Shown here: one piece after another, positions 13,050 through 25,095 of the stretch
Position numbering within the stretch: the first letter of the stretch is position 1
Layout: each line of letters opens with the position of its first letter
DNA from: Eledone cirrhosa
Taxonomy: Eukaryota
DNA: 64,000 nt
Direction of reading: 5' to 3'
Assembly: GCA_964016885.1 (NCBI GenBank)
Contig: OZ024743.1
Location: 81,344,001 to 81,408,000 of the forward strand
Position numbers and translations under genes: made by a program
The notes under the pieces: generated by a model
Seen by the model: only the letters and a program-made list of their open reading frames with translations
What the model was told of the DNA's origin: nothing
The model's database searches: none

Positions 13050-14510
13050 CACATATACTTAATATACACTTACTTTATATATACATATACTTTATATATA
13101 CATATACTTTATATACACACATACTTTATATATACATATACTTTATATATATACATATACTTTATATAAACATATACTTTATATATACATATACTTTATA
13201 TATACATATACTTTATATATACATATACTTTATATACACATACTTTATCTATACATATACTTTATATATACAAACACTTTATATATACATATACTTTATA
13301 TACACATACTTTATCTATACATATACTTTATATATACAAACACTTTATATATACATATACTTTATATATACATATACTTTATATATACATATTCGCCTTA
13401 GTTGCATTCTCTCTCCACTGTTGTTCTTGCTGGCAGCCGATTTCGTACTAAGGCGAATGGATGAAGGACCCGGTCGAGGAATCCCATGGAGAGGGCAGTC
13501 GAGGCTGAGGGACCTGGCATTCGCCGACGACATCGCTTTGATCGCTGAAATCAGTGCAGATCTGCAGGCCCTAACAACATCCCTACAAGAGAGTGCGGAA
13601 AACATCGGCCTGAGAATCAACACCAAAAAGACCAAGGTCATGAGAACGGCCAGCAACACAGGTCCAGTGATCAGAGTCAACCAACAGGACCTCGAGGAAG
13701 TCGATCACTTCACCTATCTAGGTAGCATCCTGACAAGCAGCGGCGACGCGGAGCTTGACATCAACTGTTGGATCGGCAAAGGAGCCGCAGTTTTCTCGCG
13801 GCTGTGCCCAGTCTGGCAGTCTTCATGCATTAGCACCAAGACCAAGCTCCGCCTGTACAAGAGCATAGTGCTGCCGACAGTGCTTTATGCGAGCGAGACC
13901 TGGAAGAGTACGGCAGAAATAGAGAGACGACTGAATGCTTTCCACCAGCGGTGCCTGCGAAAGACCCTTCATGTGTCCTGGCGCGACCGAGTGCGAAACG
14001 AGGAGATCCTGCGGAGAGCCGAGTCGTGGACCCTACAGAGAGGGGTCACGGAGCGTCGGTGTCGTCTGGCTGGCCATATTCTGTGTCTGCCAAATGAACG
14101 GCATTCTAAAGCAGCGATGAACTGGACTCCGCCTGACGGTAAACGGAGGCGGGGTTGCCCAGGGATCACCTGGCGACGAACGTTCCGGAAGAACCTGATG
14201 GCAGCCAACACCACCTGGCACTGTCTCGAAAAAGTTGCCTCTGATCGTGACCGTTGGCGAGTACCTACTGCTCGATGCACCGAACGGCGCGGAAGAATCT
14301 AAGACTAAGATATATATATATATATACACATACTTTATATATATACTTTACATATACATATAACTTATATATACATATACTCTATATATGCATATACTTT
14401 ATATACACATACACGTGATATATACATATACTCTATATATGCATATACTTTATATAGACATACACGTTATATATACATATACTTGATATACACATATACT
14501 TTATATATAT
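13050..14510. repeat. ~17-19-bp minisatellite (catatactttatatata) split by the RTE insertion
   Basis: Units on both sides, 13050-13391 and 14320-14510. Confidence 0.9.
13392..14310 (+). mobile_element. RTE-clade LINE, 5'-truncated, uninterrupted RT C-terminal ORF
   Basis: ILSPLLFLL..DLAFADDIAL..GLRINTKKTKVM..FTYLGSI..LYASETW..GKRRRGCP; stop at 14302; tail ctaagactaaga. Confidence 0.95.
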
Positions 14511-14807
14511 AATTCATTTTTTATATTGCTGTATATAGTTTTTAATTTATTTTTTCATTATTAAAATATTTCGTTAAATATTTCGTTATTAATTTGATTT
14601 TGTTCGTTTTTTTTTAATTTGTTATTTCGTTAAATATTTCATACATTAAATATTTCAATCATTAAATATTTCATTCATTAAATATTTAATTCGTTAAATA
14701 TTATTTACTTTGAAAATTATTTGTTTTGTTGTTTAATCAGTCTTTATCATTAGTCATAATTTAATTCCTTAATTATTACGTTAATTATTTTAAATATTTA
14801 TTTGTAT

Positions 14808-15080
14808 CACGTGGCCTAGTGTTAAGGATGTAGGACTTACGATCATAATGTAGTGGCCGGGCTGTGTGTTGTGTTCTTGAGCAAAACACTTTATTTCACG
14901 TTGTTCCAGTATACCTAGCTGCAAATGAGTACCAACAATAGCTGGGGTTAACTTTGCAATGTGTGTGAAGGCATGCAGCTGAGTGGTTAGAGAATTGGAT
15001 TCACAATCTTGAGGTTGTGAGTTCTGGACCGGGTGATGTGTTATGTCATTGAGCAAGACACTTTATTTCATGTTGCTCCT
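14808..15080 (+). mobile_element. Two decayed tRNA-derived SINEs (family T)
   Basis: tggcctagtgtt / gctgagtggttag heads and ttgagcaa(a/g)acactttatttca core. Confidence 0.65.
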
Positions 15081-15422
15081 TCTACCTGGAGTTGCGACCG
15101 GTAGATAGTACTAGCAACTGGAAAGACCAATGGAAACGTTGCTTCCTCGGTTCGATTTGACGAAAGGCGATCGATCCTAACAATATATAAATCTATATAT
15201 ATATGTGCGTATATTTTTCCTTACCGAATACTACCCAACAACTAAAGAATATAAACCGAAACTAGTAAAAGAAGAACAGTCCACTCAAATACAATTGCAA
15301 AAATTAAAAGTAAATCAAACACCAGTTTAGATAAAAAGAGGACGAACCTCATTAGGGTATATCCACCCTCAATATGTCGTTTAGATCGAATTTTGGTTAC
15401 CAGATAAATTCGTACAATATAA

Positions 15423-15556
15423 TGTGAAGGCGTATGGCTAAGTGGTTAGACCATTTGGCTTGCAATCGAAAGCTTATGAGTTCAATTCTCGGACCGAGTG
15501 ATGTGTTGTTTCCTTTATTTCACGTTGCTCCGGTTTACTCGGCTGTATAAATGAGA
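15423..15556 (+). mobile_element. tRNA-derived SINE (family T)
   Basis: tggctaagtggttag A box, gagttcaattc B box, tttatttcacgttgctcc core. Confidence 0.7.
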
Positions 15557-15799
15557 TGATAGGGACTGGGGTCCCTATCATTAAATTACCCAAGACACCT
15601 CCTTGGAGGAGGCCAGCTAAAGCTATGCAGGTTTATCTGTGACAACAACAACAAAACACTTTTCTTAACAGAGACCTTCCACCATGTATCTTAGTCCAGA
15701 GAGTATCAAAGGCAACATACAATATATATGACAGTATCCTTACTCCATACTACACAAAAACTAAATACAATATACCTATATATGGACACATAGAACTAG

Positions 15800-16643
15800 C
15801 AACAACAACAAACACATCATTGATACCACCACAACACCACCACCACCACACCACCACAACAGCACCGCCACAACACCAGCACCACCACCACAACAGCACC
15901 GACACAACAGTACCGTCATCACAACCACCAACTCCACCACTACCACCACCACTACCACCAGCGTCACCACCACCACCACCAACACCACCACCAACAAAAC
16001 GACGACGACCAACACCACCACTACCACCACCACCACCACCATCAACACCGCCACCACAACCGCCACCATCATCACTACCACCACTACCACCACCACCACC
16101 ACCACATTACAACCAATACCACCATTACCACCATTACCACCACCACCACCATCACCACCATCACCACCATCACCACTACCACTACACCACCACCGCCACC
16201 ACCAACACCACTACCACCAACACCAACACTACCATCATTACCACCACTACCACAACCGCCATTAACACCACTACCACCACCATCAACTCCACCACACCAC
16301 CACAACCACCATCAACACCACCAACACCACCACCACCATCAACACCACCACCACTCCCCCCACTACTACCACCACCAACATCACCCCCCCCCCCTCCCCC
16401 ACCACCACCACCACCACCGCCATCACCATCACCATCACCCCACCACCACCACCACCACCATCACCCCCCACACCACCACCACCATCCCCACATCTACCAC
16501 ATCCATCATCGCAACCACCACCACCACCACCAACACCACCACCATCACCACCACAACCACCACAACCATCACCACAATCACCATCACCACCACAACTACC
16601 ACAACCATCACCACAACCACAACCATCACCACCATCACCATCA
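15800..16643 (+). repeat. (CCA)n degenerate array
   Basis: Direct reading. Confidence 0.95.
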
Positions 16644-16707
16644 GCCGTTAATATGCTTTGGGGAAGTATATACTTTCTGACGTTCAATCATCTGGTAGGA
16701 AGGTATA

Positions 16708-16748
16708 CGGTGCTGACGATAGCTAATAAGCTTGAAACTAGTACATCG
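16708..16748 (+). ncRNA. Minimal type I hammerhead at the head of family Q (copy extends to ~16955)
   Basis: cggtg-CTGACGA-t agct aata agct t-GAAA-ctag-TA-catcg; palindrome ACTAGT. Confidence 0.85.
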
Positions 16749-16950
16749 TTCCTTTGTCAGTGTTGAACAAAAGGGCAACGATGGTTGCTAAACACTGTAC
16801 GGCTTAATTCGGGATGTTTGTTTACAAACAAACCGAGCATTATAATAAATGTTCGGTAAACCCCTACGTACATGTATATATGTGTGCATGTATGTATATA
16901 TATACACACTACTGTACGTCTGTATACATATATGTATGTACGTATACATA

Positions 16951-17037
<87 letters not shown>

Positions 17038-17289
17038 GGAGGAGGTTATAGTTCACTTGAAGCATTGTGTAATGAGGTATAAACGTGTGAATATGTATAA
17101 TAAAGCCAAAACAATGCAGGTATGGACATAGAAAAAAGAATGCAATTGCAAAAGATATTGTTGACAATTCGTCTTTTACCTTAGATTTATTTAAATGTCC
17201 TTAATTTTCGAGATAATATCTCTTCTTCAGAGGGAAATAAAGGTCTCAAACCAGCGTTCTAACTAGCTTGCCAAGCCATGCTGACAGGA

Positions 17290-17892
17290 GACCGAGACAC
17301 ACACACCACACATTTCCTGGAAGTACTCAAACTGAACGGATACACGACATCCACCACAAACCATGCCAGAATGAACAGAGGACACCACACCCGAGGCACT
17401 AACACTTGCTTCCTGAAGCTCCCACACTTCAGTGAAGAAACAACAACAGCCATCCGCAGAGCCATCAGACGAGAGGGACTAGATATCCAACTGGCCCACT
17501 CAGGTCCTTCTCTACGCGGGCAGCTAACCAAAAGACACTCCACCAGACATGACAACTGCTGCAGACTAGCCAACTGCCCCATCAACGACACAGACCTATG
17601 CCACCAGGCTTACGTCGTATACAGACTAGAGTGTGACAAATGCAACAACTTCTACGTAGGTAGCACCACCAGACCACTCCACATAAGAATAAAAGAACAC
17701 CTCAATACTAACGCTTCTTCATTTAAGAAACACCTAGTTAAATGCAAAAACACCGACAAAACCATAACAGTTAGGATAGAAACTAAGGAAAGAAACCTCG
17801 GCAATCTTAGAATTAAGGAAGCACTAATTATAGATAAAACACTACCACCAATCAATAATAGACTAGAACTCAACACCCAATTTATAACCTGA
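17290..17892 (+). CDS. PLE GIY-YIG endonuclease domain (C-terminal fragment, open frame)
   Basis: VVYRLECDKCNNFYVGSTTRPLHIRIKEH...KKHL...LRIKEALII...PPIN; the ORF-track ATG comes from the inverted pLTR. Confidence 0.9.
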   Translation, partial: DRDTHTTHFLEVLKLNGYTTSTTNHARMNRGHHTRGTNTCFLKLPHFSEETTTAIRRAIRREGLDIQLAHSGPSLRGQLTKRHSTRHDNCCRLANCPINDTDLCHQAYVVYRLECDKCNNFYVGSTTRPLHIRIKEHLNTNASSFKKHLVKCKNTDKTITVRIETKERNLGNLRIKEALIIDKTLPPINNRLELNTQFIT

Positions 17893-18263
17893 TAGGGCTT
17901 CTAGCCCCATATTTACCCCCCCCCCCCCACACGCTTACACCTCCACTTATTCTCTCTCACACATACACACACAAAACCAGTTCTAACACCAGATAACACC
18001 TATCCCCCACATTTACGAATAGACTTATCTTCTCACACTCACACACACACACTCACATACTTACACCTTCATGCATTCTCCCACACACTTATACAGGCAT
18101 GTATATAAAAAAAAACCAAAACAAACCCCTTTTAAAGGTAGACTACTCTTTATCCACCTAATTTTAACTCTTTGACATTAGAGATAGAACAGATACTCTA
18201 TACTATTTCCTGTCAGCATGGCTTGGCAAGCTAGTTAGAACGCTGGTTTGAGACCTTTATTTC

Positions 18264-18298
18264 CCTCTGAAGAAGAGATATTATCTCGAAAATTAAGG
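18264..18298 (+). ncRNA. Minimal type I hammerhead in pLTR (mirror copy 17199-17233, minus)
   Basis: cct-CTGAAGA-a gagat att atctc-GAA-AATT-A-agg; palindrome AATT. Confidence 0.75.
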
Positions 18299-18412
18299 AC
18301 ATTTAAATAAATCTAAGGTAAAAGACGAATTGTCAACAATATCTTTTGCAATTGCATTCTTTTTTCTATGTCCATACCTGCATTGTTTTGGCTTTATTAT
18401 ACATATTCAAAC

Positions 18413-18482
<70 letters not shown>

Positions 18483-18678
18483 GTGGAAGCTTAGTAAAAT
18501 CGAAGCTTTGGTTGTGGGCAAGCAAAGTCGACCTACAATATGAATGAGTTAGCAAAGCACTCAATTAGGGTATGTCCTGAGAGTAACAACATACGCTTAA
18601 ATAGCTTGACAAATTGAACATTGCGGTAGGCAAAACCTAACACACAATGCCAGAGCAACGAAAAGACTAACAGGTTAA

Positions 18679-18727
<49 letters not shown>

Positions 18728-18733
<6 letters not shown>

Positions 18734-19165
18734 GAATTGGTGCTCTGAAATAGCCATATATATATATGAATGTATATATAGTGTATTTTGCAATGCATTT
18801 TATGCTTAATTAAAAGCATTTTGAAGACCGTATGCTGTTGTTTTAGAGTAGTGACAGACTCACTTACTTTAATTTCAGCAAACAGGGGGATATAAAGCTG
18901 ACAAGGCCTTGTTTCTGCATTTATTGATACTTATCAAAGCTAACTACTCCTCTTGTCTGCTGAAATTACGGATGTTATGTTCTTATAGAATTCTAGTAAA
19001 TAATCAGGAACTAATTATACAGAGCGGTTGCCGGTATTTTGCTGAAATTAAAGTAAGTGAGTCTGTCACTACTCTAAAACAATAGCATACGGTCTTCAAA
19101 ATGCTTTTAATTAAGCATAAAGTGTATTGCATAATACACTATATATACATTTATATATATATATA
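18728..19165. mobile_element. Fold-back element family R in (TA)n
   Basis: Inverted arms ~18760-18882 / 19038-19160; homologous to 27836-28257. Confidence 0.75.
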
Positions 19166-19171
19166 TATATA

Positions 19172-20065
19172 TTAAAATATAAATATTAATAAAATAGATG
19201 TTCTTTTGATCAATTACATTTTATTATACATATTTCAGATGTACAACAGTACGTCCTCATCAGACAAAATATAATGATACATGACATACCCTGAGATGTT
19301 AAATGGTTAAGATTTAATCAAGATAGTGATTAACCCAAGAGAAAATGTTACTTATATAGCCTAATTAAGAAAATGCGAAAACGTAATAAATTCATTAGAG
19401 AATGTGTGAGTAAGAAAAAACGTTGCATACTGTAACTGTTCTAAAGTTTTTAAAATGTATGATATTACGATATATCTAGGAAAACGTCTCATGAATCATA
19501 ACAGTTTAGAAATGATAACACACTTATCGAATTTATAAAAATAATATATAAATAACCAGGAAATAATCCTGAAATCTGGAGTCTTCACCCTAATATTATA
19601 AATTAAATATTTTCAAATTTAACCGTTTAACTTTCGGAAAAAATCTCCTTCTGCATATATCACCCCCCCCCCCCCCCACCTCCTTTATCTTTCCCTCTTT
19701 ATAAATCCTTTTCCAGTGGCTATCACTGGCTGTTATGATTCATGAGACGTTTTCCTAGATATATCGTAATATCATACATTTTAAAAACTTTAGAACAGTT
19801 ACAGTATGCAACGTTTTTTCTTACTCACACATTCTCTAATGAATTTATTACGTTTTCGCATTTTCTTAATTAGGCTATATAAGTAAAATTTTCTCTTGGG
19901 TTAATCACTACCTTGATTAAATCTTAACCATTTAACATCTCAGGGTATGTCATGTATCATTATATTTTGTCTGATGAGGAGGTACTGTTGTACATCCGAA
20001 ATATGTATAATAAAATGTAATTGATCAAAAGAACATCTATTTTATTAATATTAATATTTTAATAT
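19172..20065 (+). mobile_element. Fold-back PLE-type terminal repeat (family G)
   Basis: ~335-bp arms 19172-19504 / 19729-20065, each with a hammerhead; third partial copy 20422-20567. Confidence 0.85.
19964..20016 (+). ncRNA. Type I hammerhead (also 19218-19270 minus and 20479-20531 plus)
   Basis: attttgt-CTGATGA-gga(c/g)gtac tgtt gtacatcc-GAAA-tatgta-TA-ataaaat. Confidence 0.85.
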
Positions 20066-20109
20066 TAATAACTCCAGAAAATTATTTTTTACCGTAGAGT
20101 GCTTCCAAT

Positions 20110-20404
<295 letters not shown>

Positions 20405-20572
20405 GATTTTACAGTAGATTTACTACCTTGATTAAATCTTAACCTTTTAACATCACAGGGTATGTCATGTATCATTATATTTTGTCTGATGAGGACGTAC
20501 TGTTGTACATCCGAAATATGTATAATAAAATGTAATTGATCAAAAGAACATCTATTTTATTAATATTTGTAT

Positions 20573-20614
<42 letters not shown>

Positions 20615-20683
20615 AAAAAAAGATGAAATCGAAAATGCAACTGGAGTCTTATTTTAAAAAAAATATATATATTTATTTGGTTC

Positions 20684-20719
20684 CTTTACCGGTTTCGCAG
20701 TTCTTCTGGTTTTCAAAAG
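20684..20719 (-). ncRNA. Second copy of the C3U/G8A hammerhead
   Basis: Reverse complement ctt-TTGAAAA-ccagaagaactgc-GAAA-ccgg-TA-aag; closing pair of stem II mutated. Confidence 0.55.
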
Positions 20720-20784
20720 TAGAGTTGAGATGGAGGGTCTGTGGTTTTTCTCACATCTCACATCATATATATATATATATATAT

Positions 20785-20926
20785 AGGAAAATGTTCAAGG
20801 ACCCGACGGCAGAACTCAAGCCGTTTCGACGGCTATTTCTGTAATCACTACCCACTCTACTACCCTAAGTATCGAGTACTCTGGTGCGTTATGGTCCACC
20901 TAGTTCCTTACCACACCTCCTTCGTT
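20785..20926 (+). mobile_element. Family P copy with 5' inversion
   Basis: Inverted segment 20785-20840 followed by forward ctacccactc...cttcgt; (TA)n on both sides. Confidence 0.75.
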
Positions 20927-21443
20927 ATATATATATATATAATTTTTTGGGGGCTTTTTTGGCAAACTTTTGCAATGACTACACATACTGAATTCATTTG
21001 CCAAAACTAGGGGTTTTCTCCCCTTTGGAATTCACATGTGCTTTGAACACTGTGGGATCCTGGCTCACGCTGAACAAAATGCCTGTTGAGAAAGTGATAT
21101 TCTTGTTCGATAATTATACCAAAAGCTTATTATTTTTTATAAGGAGACAGTGTTATTGATTTAGGTGTCGCAGAAACCCTATATCGGATTATACAATCAT
21201 TCCCGAGGGTCCGGGTAAATATTTCAATCATATCTTATTTTTGTTTCACCTGCTTAGCTTGTCCGCTTTTTTGGCTTAGGTGGTTAATGGCTTCTTAAGC
21301 ATCGTCTCAGTTTTATATGGCCTTTTAACTTGTGTTTATAGCTCTGGTATATTCAATTCCATTGAGCACTCGCCAACACAATTCGGAAGTTGCGTTTCGC
21401 TAATTTCTACTCGCCGAAATGCGATTCTCGCTAAATGTATATT

Positions 21444-21525
<82 letters not shown>

Positions 21526-22077
21526 CATACATACATATCTATCAATCTCTCCTCTCACACCAACTCTCTTCTCGTCTCCCCCTCTCTTACGCTCTCCCCT
21601 CTCTTTCTCTGGGAACTAAAGCTGCATTCTGACCTGTAGAGAGATGTGGTCCTCTAAATGGTCAAGACATCACCCCCACAACTCGACCAGGAATTTTGGT
21701 TGTACGACATGCACAGATTTTATGGGCAAATCCAACCTGCAGGAGACCCAATGGCAGACTAATATATTATGCTACTAAATAATATATTAAGCTACTGCAG
21801 AAATTTATTACGCCATGTAAACATTTATAATCTATTTCAGAAATCTAATTACGTTACCATAAAAATATTATGTTACTGCGTGAACAATAATTACGTTAGT
21901 TTTAAAAAGATTACTGTATAAAATGTATTAAGCTACAACAAACAGTTCTTCTGCCACTGTAAAATGTATATAAAACTACTTCAAAAACATTAGTAGGAGA
22001 CAGAAAAATATTTAGAAATTTGCAATAATTTACACCTCCGTAAAAAACAACTACGGTATAACAATGATTATGATACG

Positions 22078-22116
<39 letters not shown>

Positions 22117-22187
22117 GCCTTCAATATACTGTACCGATTGTGTTGATATTTCTGTTTACCTTTTACATATATATATATATATATACA

Positions 22188-22222
<35 letters not shown>

Positions 22223-22223
22223 C

Positions 22224-22287
<64 letters not shown>

Positions 22288-22329
22288 AGTAAACAGAGAA
22301 CAAAAAACAGAAAAACGAAGAGGCAGTAC

Positions 22330-22540
22330 AAATGTTATTACTATTAGTTTCATGCTTGGAAAAAAAGAAAAGAATGACTTCACTTGTAGTTCTAAATAAT
22401 TTGATTTAATTTTATAATATTATAATATTATGAGTTGGTAGATCCAGAAAGTTCTTTGTTAACTTCGGTGGGAAGAATTTGAAAGATTCCTGGTTAACTT
22501 TCCTGGTGAACTTTGTCGCATTCATCGTTGGCGATTGTCA
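22330..22540 (-). pseudogene. Possible highly decayed PLE (Naiad-like) linker fragment
   Basis: Minus-strand KNF..PTHKYYNII and FPSMKLI loosely resemble FPTNHKYHNLFN..YSTTPS at ~27200. Confidence 0.3.
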
Positions 22541-22617
22541 AACTGAAATCAGTTTAAACATTCTTTTCCTTTTTTTCAAATATGCCTAACTGTACCAATG
22601 ACCTCACATATTTTCCA

Positions 22618-22683
<66 letters not shown>

Positions 22684-22786
22684 CACTAGATACACGTGTG
22701 CTTTCTTCTTGTGAAAGGTGTTTTTTCGGTTTCTTTTTTTTTTTTTACTCTTATCTAGCCTTCTATTTCTTCTTCTAATTACCATT

Positions 22787-22828
22787 CTATATTCCGATGA
22801 AGGATTAACATCTGAAACGTACATATGG
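22787..22828 (+). ncRNA. Degenerate minimal hammerhead
   Basis: ctatatt-CCGATGA-a gga ttaaca tct-GAA-ACGT-A-catatgg; one stem I mismatch. Confidence 0.5.
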
Positions 22829-23384
22829 CTACATTTCAACGGCGGCTATTCTATTTATCAAACAACTGGAACACCAGTCCTCAGATCCAACAGAAGTCCA
22901 ACATAACCTGCTATAAAAATGTATTATTCTACTGTGACAAAACAAAAATCTACCTCAAAATAATTATTAATTTACAATAAAATAATATAACCTTATTATA
23001 TGAAAAGTTATCGAATACAAATATAATATGGCCGTCTAAAGTAATGAAAAGTGTAAGTCTTTCTAGCAAGTTGTCTCCCTCGTGAAATAAATAAAATAAC
23101 TTATGAAAACGAGGCTTGTGATGTGATCAATGGAATTACTGCATCAAAGGGAAGCTATATCCCTTGTGGTACATAAAGAGAAAAAATATGTGGTCTTGGG
23201 ATTAAACAAATAAAATCACTTATTAGAAATTGGACACTATAGATAGATATCAACATCCCATGTCTATTGTGTTTGATATGACAATATCAATACCTATATT
23301 TGGAATGGGTCTCCATCAGTTGCGATGGTGCATACTCCAGTTGAAATTGACATGCAAGTGACAAAAAGTTCTACAGACACATTT

Positions 23385-23845
23385 ATCTGTACATATAACA
23401 TAGAAGTGTACATATACCATATATATCTGTACATATACCATATATACCTGTACATATAACACATATACCTGTACATATACCATATATACCTGTCCATATA
23501 CCATATATACCTGTCCATATACCATATATACCTGTACATATACCATATATACCTGTACATATACCATATATACCTGTACATATACCATATATATCTGTAC
23601 ATATAACACATATACCTGTACATATACCATATATATCTGTACATATACCATATATACCTGTACATATAACACATATACCTGTACATATACCATATATACC
23701 TGTCCATATACCATATATACCTGTCCATATACCATATATACCTGTACATATACCATATATACCTGTACATATACCATATATACCTGTACATATACCATAT
23801 ATATCTGTACATATAACATATATACCTGTACATATAACCGTACAT
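23385..23845. repeat. 21-bp minisatellite
   Basis: About 21 units of tgtacatataccatatatacc. Confidence 0.95.
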
Positions 23846-24281
23846 AACGAAAAACACAAATGAAACTGCGAAATCTAAAAGTGTTATAATTACTAGATGA
23901 AGCCTTGAAAGTAGAAACATGTCAATCGAAGTGACAATGGAAATATTTAAATATGAGAATATAGGGAATAAAAATAAAAAACAAATGAGAGATATATACA
24001 GCTTTAACAACAGGATTTAGAATAAGAGCAACGTTCATACATAATAACAGTGTTCCATACAAGAGAAATATCTAGTGAAACATGTTAGATGTAATACATG
24101 ATGGAGACATAGAAATCATAGAAAAGAAGCCAGAACTTATAATGAACTACAGGAAGTGGAATAGAAGAGTTCTGGATAATCGTGACTAATGGAAAAACTA
24201 GTAACTAGGAGAAAAAATGAGCGCACAATTAAAAAAAAATGGGAATGAAAGGAATGAACATTTTATCAGAAGATATATATG

Positions 24282-24558
<277 letters not shown>

Positions 24559-25013
24559 CATTAGTGAATTTGAAAGAACTATACCTCGATAGAAATTACG
24601 TTCAGATTATTGTATTGGGGAATGTGTCTCAAAGATGGGCGGTTCTGTACTCTTAAGAAGTGATGGAGTCACCCAGTAGAGGCGTAGTGGTTATGAGACA
24701 ATGCGGGAACCGGGAGGGGATTTCTAGATCATATTGATTTACTATAAGAAATATGTCATTCATCGTCCGCAATGGAAATTCAACCAGCAGATAAATTTAA
24801 CTATTGTTATCGTTGTTTAACCTTGTGTGCCATGATCAGGCAAATCTATGATCCTGTCTTTACCCGATTGCTTAGGTCGATTCTAAGTTATGGTTCCTAG
24901 AATGAAAGGGCATCATTAAGAAATACGATCCTTTTTCTATTTTTATGTACAAACTTTTTGTAAATAATATGTGTGTTCTAAGTACTGGGTTTCTCAGAAG
25001 ATATATGGCTCTT

Positions 25014-25093
<80 letters not shown>

Positions 25094-25095
<2 letters not shown>

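Larger units (their letters stand above)
17078..18419 (+). mobile_element. Penelope-like element, 5'-truncated, with inverted pLTR
   Basis: ~210-bp inverted repeats 17078-17289 / 18208-18419 flank a GIY-YIG ORF; ends in (TA)n. Confidence 0.93.

Noticed and set aside
13007-13391. N-terminal third of the 431-aa ORF as part of the RT protein
   Set aside because: Read-through of the flanking minisatellite; RTE homology starts at ~13392
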